This document shows, piece after piece, positions 15,612 through 23,692 of a stretch of 37,807 nucleotides of DNA (its first letter is position 1; every line of letters starts with the position of its first letter). Source of the DNA: a virus; IMG/VR virus record IMGVR_UViG_3300031976_000938, positions 1-37,807 of that record. One strand, 5' to 3'. A program made the position numbers and the translations under genes. Below the pieces are notes generated by a model. It worked only from the letters and a program-made list of their open reading frames with translations, made no database searches and was not told where the DNA came from.

Positions 15612-18600
15612 TCAGTGGTGCATAGGGGTCAAGCTAGTTAACTTTTTGCGCATATATTCAGCAGCATATTCAAGCGTCCACGCTAGATGCCCGGTTGCCA
15701 TCTCGTTGAAGCGGCTTAGTATTTCAGGGTTTAGGTTTGAGACCACATCCGCAAGCGGCATGGCCAGCGGCAGCTCCCGGGCCACTTCATACAGCCGCTG
15801 GATCACTGTCGTGTTGCAGTGGATCTCGTCCGCCGTGTTCCGCTTGTGCATGCCCGCTGCGAACTGAATAGCCCAAGCCAGTTGGTCCAGGTCAACGTGG
15901 CCATCGATCACGGCCTGCCGCGTTTCTTCCGGTAGCGCCCTGACCGCATCCACAAGCGACGTGTCCAAACTGAGGGGGTTTGAAGCTACCACGGCGGCGG
16001 CGTAGAGTTTTTCGCTATCGCCGAGAGAGGGATACCTTACTTCTGCTGCTGCTACCCCATCACGCAAAGTGTCCCTATGGCCTGAATCCGCGTGGTTGTC
16101 GGCTTCGTTGGCGGTTTCACGGTGCGGCGCGGCCATCGGCTGGTGGATGCTAGCGGCTTCGTGAGTGGTCAGGCTGTGCACGCCGCGTTCGGCGCGTAGG
16201 CGCACGTAATACATGACCTCTTCCCATGATTGCTCGCTGATCGATAGCACGTTACGGCCGCTGCTCTTACGCTTGTGTACGGCGAGGCCCAGGCGGTCCA
16301 TGATGGATTTAACAAACGAGGTGGCGCATTTCGGCGCTGCTTTAGGGTTAATGTACTGGCCGATTTTGAGCGCGTTATAGAGCTCGATAGCGGCCTGATT
16401 GGCCAGCAGCGTGTCGCGTACTTCGCGGCACTGATCAACATTGAATTCACCCTCGCCGGTGAGGGGATCCACACCCAGCGTCTCAAACACTTGGTTAAGC
16501 AGCCGGTGAACGGGTTTTTTCCAGCGGTGGCGGGTCAGCGTCACGCGGGCTTTGCGCTGCGCCTTGTCGTAAGCGTCGGCCTGGGCCTCAGTCGCCTGGA
16601 GCAGTTCGATAGCGGTTACGTGACGGATGCCCTGGTCGTCATAAAAATCGACGTGCTGGTCATCGATCTCGGGCACGCACAACTGGTGCTCGATGTGATG
16701 GCGGTCGATCTCCGACTGTTCCGCCTCGGACTTGATCTCCTGGCGGCTGAGGCGTGCGAAACGCTCATCATCCGGGGTTTCGACGCTATAAAGGATGTCC
16801 AACCGGCGCTGGCGTACCATAACGCCCGCCGTTTTACGGTTGGTGCGGCTCGCGGCTACTTCGCTTTCGTTAGTCGATAGGCGGTTAACTTGGTAGCCAT
16901 CCGCGATCAGCATCAACAGCAAGTGATTAGCAAAATCGTTACGCGCGCGGTTCTCGCCAGTGCTGCAGCTGAGGAACATTTCATCAAAGACCGTTTTGGT
17001 ACGGCGCAAAACGATCTCGGTGTCGGTCTCGTCAAAATCACAGCTGAGCTCGTCGGCGGCGATCAGGCCGCGGAAGAGCGCTTCGCGGTCGGTCTCACGC
17101 ATCACGCGTGAGATGCCGATGCCCACTACATAGTGGCGGGCAGTGCGGTCGCGCCGCATCATCTGAATGGCGTCAGATGGGCTCACCGTCTGGCCGCTGA
17201 AGATGCCAAAATGGCGCGTAAAATGGGGCGTGGTGATCGACACGCCGCTGGAGATCGCGGGGCTATAAATCAGTACGTCATAATTGACGGCCTCGTCGTT
17301 GGGCCGGTCGAGAAAGCGCTCGGCATCCGGGTTTGCCTTGCTCTCTTTGTGAACCAGCAGCACCTTGGCGTCTGGGCGTTTCTCCTCAATCATCACAGCC
17401 AGTTTTTTGGCGCTTTCAGCGCTGTCGTTAGCGATCAATACGCGCTCACCGGCTACCGCTGCATCAAGGGCTTTTTGCCAGACGCTCTCATGATCAGCGT
17501 GATCGATACGGATGTGGTCGTTGGCAGCGTCCACTTCGATTATGTGGATCGGCTCGCCGGGGCGTGCCATTTCGCAAAGCTCAATCAGTGAATCGTTAGC
17601 ATCCGCGTCGCACATCAACACCTGGCGTGCTGACTGCATTGCTTCGACCAGACCATCCATTACGCGCGTGGGCTGATCAACCGGGCCTGTGGCAATGTGG
17701 CGTAACACCTGGCTTGCTTCGTCGATACACAAAGTATCAACGGTCGTGAACCATGAGCGGCCATCGCCGTTATGAAATTTGGGGTGAGTAATTGAGTTAA
17801 CGCAGCAAGCCAAGTGGGATACATAAGGCATTTCGGCTGCAAGCACATTGCGATAGTGCTGGATTAGGTTTTCCGTTTTGGGCTTGCCGTTCTGGTCATA
17901 AACAACATTCCCTTTTTCATCCAACACAATATTCAGTCGGTGAGCTGCGTCGCCAACGAGTGAAACACGGTGGGCGATATAGGCGGATTTAGACGACTGC
18001 TTTAGTAGCGGTGCTATCAGTTTTTCGGTTTTACCGGCCCCCATCGGCGCGCGAACGATGACCACTCCATCTAAGGATTGAACCATGTGGCGGATGTGAT
18101 CGGGCAGCAAAATATTGCCGTGAGCAGCGCGAACGCCAGGCACTTTATGATAGTTAACGTTCGGGCGTTTCAGACCTTCAGGGGTGAAGCTGCGAAGGCC
18201 AGCGGCGCTTTCCAGCTTCTTTTTTGCCAGCCAGCAAACACGGCTGAGCAGGCGGTGACGGTTGCACGGTAGACCCTGGTTGAACGCAGCGCAGACGGTA
18301 CGGAAAACGGAGCGGCCTGTGTATTTCGTCGGTGCCAGTTGCATGCCTGCGTTGATCGCTTTCAGCGCTTCTTCCATGACGTTCATCTGGCCGGAGGCTT
18401 TGACCCGCTGCAGGCAGTAATCAAAGAACGCCTTTTCAACCGTGACTTTGCTCGCCCGCGAGCGAAGCGCTTTGGCCATGGCATCCAGGCCGATCAGGCA
18501 GTGAACATCATTCCAGTCAGTTGGATTTTTGCCGGTGGCCAGCGCTTCAGTCAGATCGTCGACATCGGGTAGCTCTTCCCAGCACGGCATCACGCTGCGC

Positions 18601-19661
18601 ACTTCTAACTCGCGGCCAACTTCTAGGGCGCGTAGCAGTCCGGCATTACCTGCCATGGGCTTCCAGCAGTCGTTATCTGCCGCATTGATCGGGCGCAGCT
18701 TGTCATTCCAGCGCTTGTACGCGCGTAGCACCTTGGGCAGGTTCTGAGCGTTCATCGCTACGATGACGCCGCACTGCTCGCCCTTGATCGCCGTTTCAGC
18801 CAGCCAGATGCTGGCACCGGTGGCGAAACCTTCACAGCTATAAACGCGCTTCGCGTCGAGGTCACCGATCAGCAGGTGAGCGCCGTCGAACTGACCGCCA
18901 CGCACGGCCACGGTGTATTTTTTGAACTGCGGGTATAGACGCTGCAGGCCGCGATAGTCGCCGTCGATGCCGTGCAGGACAAAAGCAACGAACTCGCCGT
19001 GGCGGTCGCGCATGCGTTTGAGCGTGACGACATCGATGATGCTGCCGATCTGCTTTGCTTCCAGGTAAGGCTCGCTGCCGTCCGCGTCGCCCAGTAGCTC
19101 GACGGTGTCGAACTTGCCCGGCGCGTATTCAAATGTGTGGGCCCCACCGCGATAGAACGCTTGCTCATACGCTTCATGCTCGCCCTGCAGGCGTGCCTGC
19201 TCGATGCGTTCCTGACGTTCTACCTCAGCCATGCGCGCGGCGCGCTCCGCGCGCCGTGCTTCCTGCTTGGCTAACCAGGCGTCGTGCTTGGGGTCAGTCG
19301 CTTGCCCGCCTTCGCGGCGGTGAAGCTCAAGCAGTGCGTCATAACCTGACCAAACAGCGTTATAACCGCCCTGGGCCAGGGTGTGAAAATTGACATGGGG
19401 AAATTCGATGCCGTTGCGGGCTTTCTTGAGCGAGCCGAAAACCGCGACGCGATGGCGTTCGCCTTTAGCCAGGGTGGGGATGCGACCCCGGTGCTTTTTG
19501 TCGTCGAGGCGAAGATCGGATGAGAGCGCGTCCCAGTCGACGGAGACTTCAGCAGCAACGTGGGCAATTTCTGAGTGACAATAATCAAGCAGCGCGTGGG
19601 GGTCGCTGCGGAAACGTTCTTCGTAAAAACTGGCTAAACTCTGGCGTGTGGAGCTGGTCAT
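15612..19661 (-). CDS. repA: replication protein RepA (N15 RepA-like primase-helicase), 1349 aa
   Basis: TOPRIM-like EGFATGASI...AADNDCW; Walker A APMGAGKTE; Walker B-like MCDADAND. Size and position match N15-type RepA. Start taken at MTSSTRQS (19661), because the longer track ORF reads through repeat array B. Confidence 0.9.
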   Translation of the reverse strand: MTSSTRQSLASFYEERFRSDPHALLDYCHSEIAHVAAEVSVDWDALSSDLRLDDKKHRGRIPTLAKGERHRVAVFGSLKKARNGIEFPHVNFHTLAQGGYNAVWSGYDALLELHRREGGQATDPKHDAWLAKQEARRAERAARMAEVERQERIEQARLQGEHEAYEQAFYRGGAHTFEYAPGKFDTVELLGDADGSEPYLEAKQIGSIIDVVTLKRMRDRHGEFVAFVLHGIDGDYRGLQRLYPQFKKYTVAVRGGQFDGAHLLIGDLDAKRVYSCEGFATGASIWLAETAIKGEQCGVIVAMNAQNLPKVLRAYKRWNDKLRPINAADNDCWKPMAGNAGLLRALEVGRELEVRSVMPCWEELPDVDDLTEALATGKNPTDWNDVHCLIGLDAMAKALRSRASKVTVEKAFFDYCLQRVKASGQMNVMEEALKAINAGMQLAPTKYTGRSVFRTVCAAFNQGLPCNRHRLLSRVCWLAKKKLESAAGLRSFTPEGLKRPNVNYHKVPGVRAAHGNILLPDHIRHMVQSLDGVVIVRAPMGAGKTEKLIAPLLKQSSKSAYIAHRVSLVGDAAHRLNIVLDEKGNVVYDQNGKPKTENLIQHYRNVLAAEMPYVSHLACCVNSITHPKFHNGDGRSWFTTVDTLCIDEASQVLRHIATGPVDQPTRVMDGLVEAMQSARQVLMCDADANDSLIELCEMARPGEPIHIIEVDAANDHIRIDHADHESVWQKALDAAVAGERVLIANDSAESAKKLAVMIEEKRPDAKVLLVHKESKANPDAERFLDRPNDEAVNYDVLIYSPAISSGVSITTPHFTRHFGIFSGQTVSPSDAIQMMRRDRTARHYVVGIGISRVMRETDREALFRGLIAADELSCDFDETDTEIVLRRTKTVFDEMFLSCSTGENRARNDFANHLLLMLIADGYQVNRLSTNESEVAASRTNRKTAGVMVRQRRLDILYSVETPDDERFARLSRQEIKSEAEQSEIDRHHIEHQLCVPEIDDQHVDFYDDQGIRHVTAIELLQATEAQADAYDKAQRKARVTLTRHRWKKPVHRLLNQVFETLGVDPLTGEGEFNVDQCREVRDTLLANQAAIELYNALKIGQYINPKAAPKCATSFVKSIMDRLGLAVHKRKSSGRNVLSISEQSWEEVMYYVRLRAERGVHSLTTHEAASIHQPMAAPHRETANEADNHADSGHRDTLRDGVAAAEVRYPSLGDSEKLYAAAVVASNPLSLDTSLVDAVRALPEETRQAVIDGHVDLDQLAWAIQFAAGMHKRNTADEIHCNTTVIQRLYEVARELPLAMPLADVVSNLNPEILSRFNEMATGHLAWTLEYAAEYMRKKLTSLTPMHH

Positions 19662-19679
19662 TTGTTCGTTTCGCTCTAT

Positions 19680-19715
19680 GTACTTTTGTACATTCGTACT
19701 TATGTACAAATGTCA
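19680..19715. repeat. array B: GTAC tttt GTAC attc GTAC ttat GTAC aaat GTCA, 8-bp phased, in the repA promoter/leader
   Basis: Boxes start at 19680, 19688, 19696, 19704 and 19712. A minus-strand TTGACA (19711..19716) overlaps the last box. Confidence 0.7.
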
Positions 19716-19723
19716 ATAAAAAG

Positions 19724-19752
19724 TTGAACGCTACGAGACCACGCCATATACT
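19724..19752 (+). promoter_or_regulatory. near-consensus sigma70 promoter pointing away from repA
   Basis: TTGAAC (19724..19729), exactly 17 nt, TATACT (19747..19752). It sits back to back with the minus-strand TTGACA of repA. Confidence 0.55.
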
Positions 19753-19758
19753 ATCCAA

Positions 19759-19907
19759 AGTTGTACCTAGCTTTCACAGCCTGCCCGCTAACAGGTCTTT
19801 GATATCAACAGCTTGGCACAACAGCCAAAAGATAGTACGTCTGTCTGTGACTGGTCTCACAGCTTCCAACGGCCGGGCCGCTAAACCCGGCCGTTGTTCG
19901 TTTCTGG
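19759..19907 (+). ncRNA. candidate small non-coding RNA (about 150 nt) between repA and cI
   Basis: Bounded by the promoter above and a + strand hairpin with a U-rich tail. No ATG anywhere between 19753 and 19900. Four (C/A)ACAGC motifs lie inside it. Confidence 0.35.
19868..19907 (+). terminator. intrinsic terminator-like hairpin, + strand orientation
   Basis: Perfect 10-bp stem AACGGCCGGG / CCCGGCCGTT with an 8-nt loop, then GTTCGTTTCTGG. The minus-strand side has no T-run. Confidence 0.6.
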
Positions 19908-20012
19908 TATATCTAAACTTTCTGAATATAACGCATAGCGGCGCGTGTAGCGAGTTGCGCTACCATGTTACGCCATAATCTGCCGATTAGTAAAACCAAA
20001 ACGTCAGATGCT

Positions 20013-20657
20013 CTAACCATCTGGACTGATATCTAGTACATACCCCGTGACCACACCCGTAATACTCCACTCATCGGTGAATTTTCGCATTGGGAACTGC
20101 GGGTTTAGTGCGCTAAAAAAATCCTCAACACCGTCAGTAATGTAGCGCCTGAAGAGCGCTTTACTGGCAGCCTTAGAGAAAGCCACCACGTATTCGGAAT
20201 GCTTTGGCCGACGATCCGGCTCCACGAGAATTACGCCCAACGCGCCAAAGCTAAATGAATCGGTGGTCTGCATTGATGTATCCGTTACGTCCAGCGCAAA
20301 TGCATACTCACTCATTGTGTGAGGCGGTGAAACCCAGCGCTGAGGCTTTGAAACGCCCGGTTGATAGCCGTACTCCAAAGTGTGGTAGTCGCTCCAGGCA
20401 ACAACCGGGACCAGGCGCCGACGCTCTACAGGCAGAGAAAAACTGTGATCGCCTTCAGCCATCGACAGTATGTCGTCGACGGTTACGCCAAGGCTGCGAG
20501 CAATCGATGCGGCCAGATGAACGTTTGGCGTCATCTGGTCGCGCTCAATTTTAGATAAGTAGCCAGTATGGATTTGCCCTCCAGTAGCATCACAAAGCTG
20601 CTGGAGTGTTTTTCCCTGGGCGTGGCGCAAGCGCCTGATCACGTGTCCGATTTTCAT
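20013..20657 (-). CDS. CI-like prophage repressor (XRE HTH plus S24 LexA/CI-type C-terminal domain)
   Basis: N-terminal IRRLRHAQGKTLQQLCDATGGQIHTGYLSKIERD (HTH). The C-terminal domain aligns without gaps to lambda CI from RWVS to LNPQ(Y/F)PM. Confidence 0.9.
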   Translation of the reverse strand: MKIGHVIRRLRHAQGKTLQQLCDATGGQIHTGYLSKIERDQMTPNVHLAASIARSLGVTVDDILSMAEGDHSFSLPVERRRLVPVVAWSDYHTLEYGYQPGVSKPQRWVSPPHTMSEYAFALDVTDTSMQTTDSFSFGALGVILVEPDRRPKHSEYVVAFSKAASKALFRRYITDGVEDFFSALNPQFPMRKFTDEWSITGVVTGYVLDISPDG

Positions 20658-20796
20658 TGTTCAATTCTCCGCCGCCATTCTGCATAAAAGCAAAGTCTTA
20701 TTGGAAACACTATTGCGGTTTATTCTTCTAATAAGCAGAATGTGGGGACGCCCACACTAGATGGGCTTAGTGCATAACTAAAAAAGGATGGTTGTC

Positions 20797-21420
20797 ATGT
20801 CATCAAAGCCCTCATCAAAACCGCGCACTGAGTGCGACGTCATCATCAAAGCGACTCTGGATTGGTTCACGAATAGCCGTGAATCGATCGAGTCGTTTTC
20901 CACGATCCACTTGATCCCGGCGCTGGAACGCCAGGGCATGATGGAATTAAACCGCGAAGAGGTTGAGCGCAATACCGATAACTATTTGCGGTGGCGGCGC
21001 AGCGTCTCGATGAAAGTCGGCAGGATCATTCGCGGCGACCAGCCGTTTCCCCTCGCTTGGAAATGGCCGTGGATCAGCCTTTTGCCTGAGCAGTACCAGG
21101 TGGAAGTTCGCCGGGAGCTGATGGCCATGGCCGGTTCGCTCTATGTGCCGGTGCCCCGCTTCTCAGCCGTTGACGATCTCGCCCGCGTTCAATCACAGCT
21201 TCACCGGATCAGCCAAGAGTTTGGTGAGTTGCTGCAGTACGCCCAACCAGCACATAACGGCGGCTATGACCGTAACGATTGCCCTGCACAGGTTGATCGA
21301 ATGATGAAAGAGGCCGTTGACCTGGTGGAAGTGCTGCTGAGCGAAGTGGCGGCGGTGAGCCGTGGTACCGGGCGGCCGCTGCCGCGTATGACGATGATCG
21401 CTTTCGGTATGGGGGAATGA
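20797..21420 (+). CDS. first rightward (early) gene, 207 aa, unknown function; faint resemblance to phage CII/CP76-type regulators
   Basis: Divergent from cI. AAGGA RBS 8 nt upstream of ATG 20797 (the track ORF starts at 20788). No HTH is obvious by eye. Confidence 0.7.
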   Translation: MSSKPSSKPRTECDVIIKATLDWFTNSRESIESFSTIHLIPALERQGMMELNREEVERNTDNYLRWRRSVSMKVGRIIRGDQPFPLAWKWPWISLLPEQYQVEVRRELMAMAGSLYVPVPRFSAVDDLARVQSQLHRISQEFGELLQYAQPAHNGGYDRNDCPAQVDRMMKEAVDLVEVLLSEVAAVSRGTGRPLPRMTMIAFGMGE

Positions 21421-21683
21421 GCATGGAGGATCAATCCAAAGTCTATCGGCGGGTAACGGTTGCCGTAGCTGGGAATACAAAAACGATACGTAAGGCCTGC
21501 GATGCCTTTGAGGCTCTTACAGGTGAAAGCGTTTTTGTAAATGAACCTGGCCTGCTTTCGCTATTTGAAATGCTCGTCCTTGCCAAGGTATGGCATGACA
21601 CGCTTGGTCATTTTGGTGATGAGAAGCGTATGCAAGAGCTGCTGCAGGATTTTATCTCGCACACCAGGGTTAAGGGGGAGTAA
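21417..21683 (+). CDS. hypothetical protein (88 aa)
   Basis: ATGA overlap with the preceding gene. Confidence 0.7.
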   Translation: MSMEDQSKVYRRVTVAVAGNTKTIRKACDAFEALTGESVFVNEPGLLSLFEMLVLAKVWHDTLGHFGDEKRMQELLQDFISHTRVKGE

Positions 21684-21685
21684 TC

Positions 21686-21997
21686 ATGCCGCAGATGAAT
21701 TTCGACCTGTGCGACGACCAGGAGCCGGTTAGCGTTGTGGTTTCCACCGCCGCCGCAGATCGGCTTATTAACTTCATGGCCGAATGTACTGACGCGATCA
21801 CAGAGCGCCGTGAGTTGTTGAGAGAGCAAAACACCCAGCTTGATCGCATCGAGCAGCTTGAAGAGGAGTGTGCACGGATTAACCGTAATCGTGACATGTA
21901 TAAAGATCAGTCAGCGCGTCAGGCCGAAGAACTCCACGCTCTGCGTATCGCTCACCGGGATCTTCGCAATGAGTTATCAGGATGGCGTGGAGAATGA
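21686..21997 (+). CDS. hypothetical coiled-coil protein (103 aa)
   Basis: GGGGGAG RBS. Heptad-rich C-terminal half. Confidence 0.7.
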   Translation: MPQMNFDLCDDQEPVSVVVSTAAADRLINFMAECTDAITERRELLREQNTQLDRIEQLEEECARINRNRDMYKDQSARQAEELHALRIAHRDLRNELSGWRGE

Positions 21998-22064
21998 TCG
22001 CCATCATCAAAGAAGCCATGATCGGCAGCCTTTGGCTTGTCGCTTTAGTGGCCAGTACAGGGGA

Positions 22065-22301
22065 ATGGTTGCTGTGAGTGATATAGCGGATATCGCAGGG
22101 GAAGAACAGGAATGGCGTGACGCTGAGCTAGCCAAACGCTTAGCGCGTGAGCAAGCGGCACGCGAAAGCCAGCAAGGCTCTGAGTTTTGCGATGAATGCG
22201 GTTTTGATATTCCGGCGGCGCGCCGTGCGGCAATGCCCTGGGTAACACGCTGCGTGCCTTGCCAAGATTTTGTCGACCGCCAGGCCAAACGTTTTCGATG
22301 A
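22065..22301 (+). CDS. TraR/DksA-family C4 zinc-finger protein
   Basis: CDECGFDIPAARRAAMPWVTRCVPCQ matches the phage TraR signature C-x-x-C...IP..RR.A.P....C..CQ. AGGGGA RBS upstream of ATG 22065. Confidence 0.85.
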   Translation: MVAVSDIADIAGEEQEWRDAELAKRLAREQAARESQQGSEFCDECGFDIPAARRAAMPWVTRCVPCQDFVDRQAKRFR

Positions 22302-22311
22302 GGGGGTGGTC

Positions 22312-22947
22312 GTGCTGGGAGCTCAGGATCTGGCGTATCTGCGCCGTACCGTTGTTTATGCGCATGCAACGCCATCGCCCCGCCGGGCTAGCGAGGAAGG
22401 TAGCGTCGCGCGCTATACCGATGAGACTTATCGAGACCGCACTCCCCCGGCAGGGCCACGCCGTTGGTCGGCTGAAATGAAACGGGCATCAACACGGCTG
22501 ATCGCCAGCGGCACTAGGCCGAAACCGAGCAGCTCTCTCCCGCTGCCGCCGTGGGCGTTTGATGATGCCCGTATCGTGGCGGCGATCCGCACGCTTGAGC
22601 CTGCTCACCAGCACTGGTTGCGCTATGCGTATGCAGACAGCCGTGAGTGGTGCGACGAGCAGGGGGTCACGGTGGCCTTGTGGAGCCGTTTCGAGCCGAC
22701 CATGGGCAAGGTGCAGGCTAAGACGCTAAAAGCTTGCAAGGGGCTGGCACACCTCGCTGCTCAGTGCCACAAAGCGCGTAAGAACAGCGGCAAACCTGCC
22801 CATGAGCCTGAGCGCTTGCAGCAACTGCTCGGCGTGACGCGGGCGAACTGGGACAAGCACTGGTGTGGCCGGTGGCAGACGATGCACCGCTTACTTAACG
22901 ATATCGACCGTGAAGCGCTTGAGGCGCTTTGGAGGGTGACTGAGTGA
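22312..22947 (+). CDS. possible late-gene antiterminator (Q-like), 211 aa
   Basis: GTG 22312 lies 6 nt after GAGGGGG and just after the TraR stop; the track ORF begins at TTG 22270. Function is inferred from its position upstream of a promoter plus tandem-terminator unit. No motif was verified. Confidence 0.55.
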   Translation: MLGAQDLAYLRRTVVYAHATPSPRRASEEGSVARYTDETYRDRTPPAGPRRWSAEMKRASTRLIASGTRPKPSSSLPLPPWAFDDARIVAAIRTLEPAHQHWLRYAYADSREWCDEQGVTVALWSRFEPTMGKVQAKTLKACKGLAHLAAQCHKARKNSGKPAHEPERLQQLLGVTRANWDKHWCGRWQTMHRLLNDIDREALEALWRVTE

Positions 22948-23366
22948 TTAAACGATTAGTGATTGGGATGGCCTGCCTGGCATTGATACCGGCTCCTGCA
23001 AGTGCTTCTGCTGCGGCTGCCGCGATTGCGGCCGGTGCGGCGGCATCGGCTGCGGCGGGCGCGTCAACGTCGAGCGGTAGCAGCCCTGAGCAACTTCCCC
23101 AAGGGGTCTCAAGCACTCCGATTGAGTGGGAGCGCGTAGGCTGGTTGTACTGCCCTTCTCGATTTGCGGAGCCGTCAGGTTGTCGAGAAACGATAGATCG
23201 TGGGTGGCGTAATGATGAGGCGGGTGATGTTGAACCGTGGGTGGAGTGGATGAAACGTCATCAAGGGGCGAATGCCCGTTATATGGGAATGACAAAAGGG
23301 TCACGTGGATCCGTTAGCCTGTTTTACGGCGTGCCTGCTGAAAATGGTGAAGGGGGTGGAGAGTGA
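22944..23366 (+). CDS. secreted protein of unknown function
   Basis: Signal peptide MIKRLVIGMACLALIPAPASA, Ala/Ser-rich linker, two Cys. GTGA overlap with the upstream gene. Confidence 0.7.
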   Translation: MIKRLVIGMACLALIPAPASASAAAAAIAAGAAASAAAGASTSSGSSPEQLPQGVSSTPIEWERVGWLYCPSRFAEPSGCRETIDRGWRNDEAGDVEPWVEWMKRHQGANARYMGMTKGSRGSVSLFYGVPAENGEGGGE

Positions 23367-23692
23367 CCGATCTAACGATCCTGACCGACGACGATCTAAA
23401 CGACATGGTCAGCGATGCTAAAGCAGAGCTGCGCCGCCGTAAGGAAGAAAAGAAGCTGCCGGTGTTCCTGGTGGATGGCTGCTATCACAAGTCATTGGTC
23501 GAGGCGCTCAAAGAGCTTGAGGAAGATGTCCAGTACGCGCTTAACTTCAAAGGCGGCAAGCCTGAAGAATATATCGCTGAGTATCTGACCGATGGTGTTG
23601 AGCGCATGCCCTTTGGCCTGAAAATAGTGTTTTGGAGCGAGAGCGAGTACGCCTCACGTCCTGACCGTGTGTATGGTTCACCGCTGCCATGA
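23363..23692 (+). CDS. hypothetical protein (109 aa)
   Basis: GTGA overlap and GGGGGTGGAG RBS. Confidence 0.7.
   Translation: MTDLTILTDDDLNDMVSDAKAELRRRKEEKKLPVFLVDGCYHKSLVEALKELEEDVQYALNFKGGKPEEYIAEYLTDGVERMPFGLKIVFWSESEYASRPDRVYGSPLP

Noticed and set aside
16275-17591. Several + strand ORFs of 73-201 aa
   Set aside because: They lie inside the repA gene on the opposite strand. The repA frame carries primase and helicase motifs, so these are shadow ORFs.
20797-22065. Search for a VP882-style phage quorum-sensing receptor (VqmA-like PAS-HTH) and its small antirepressor partner in the early region
   Set aside because: None of the three ORFs here shows an HTH or PAS-like pattern by eye. I cannot support such a call without profile searches.
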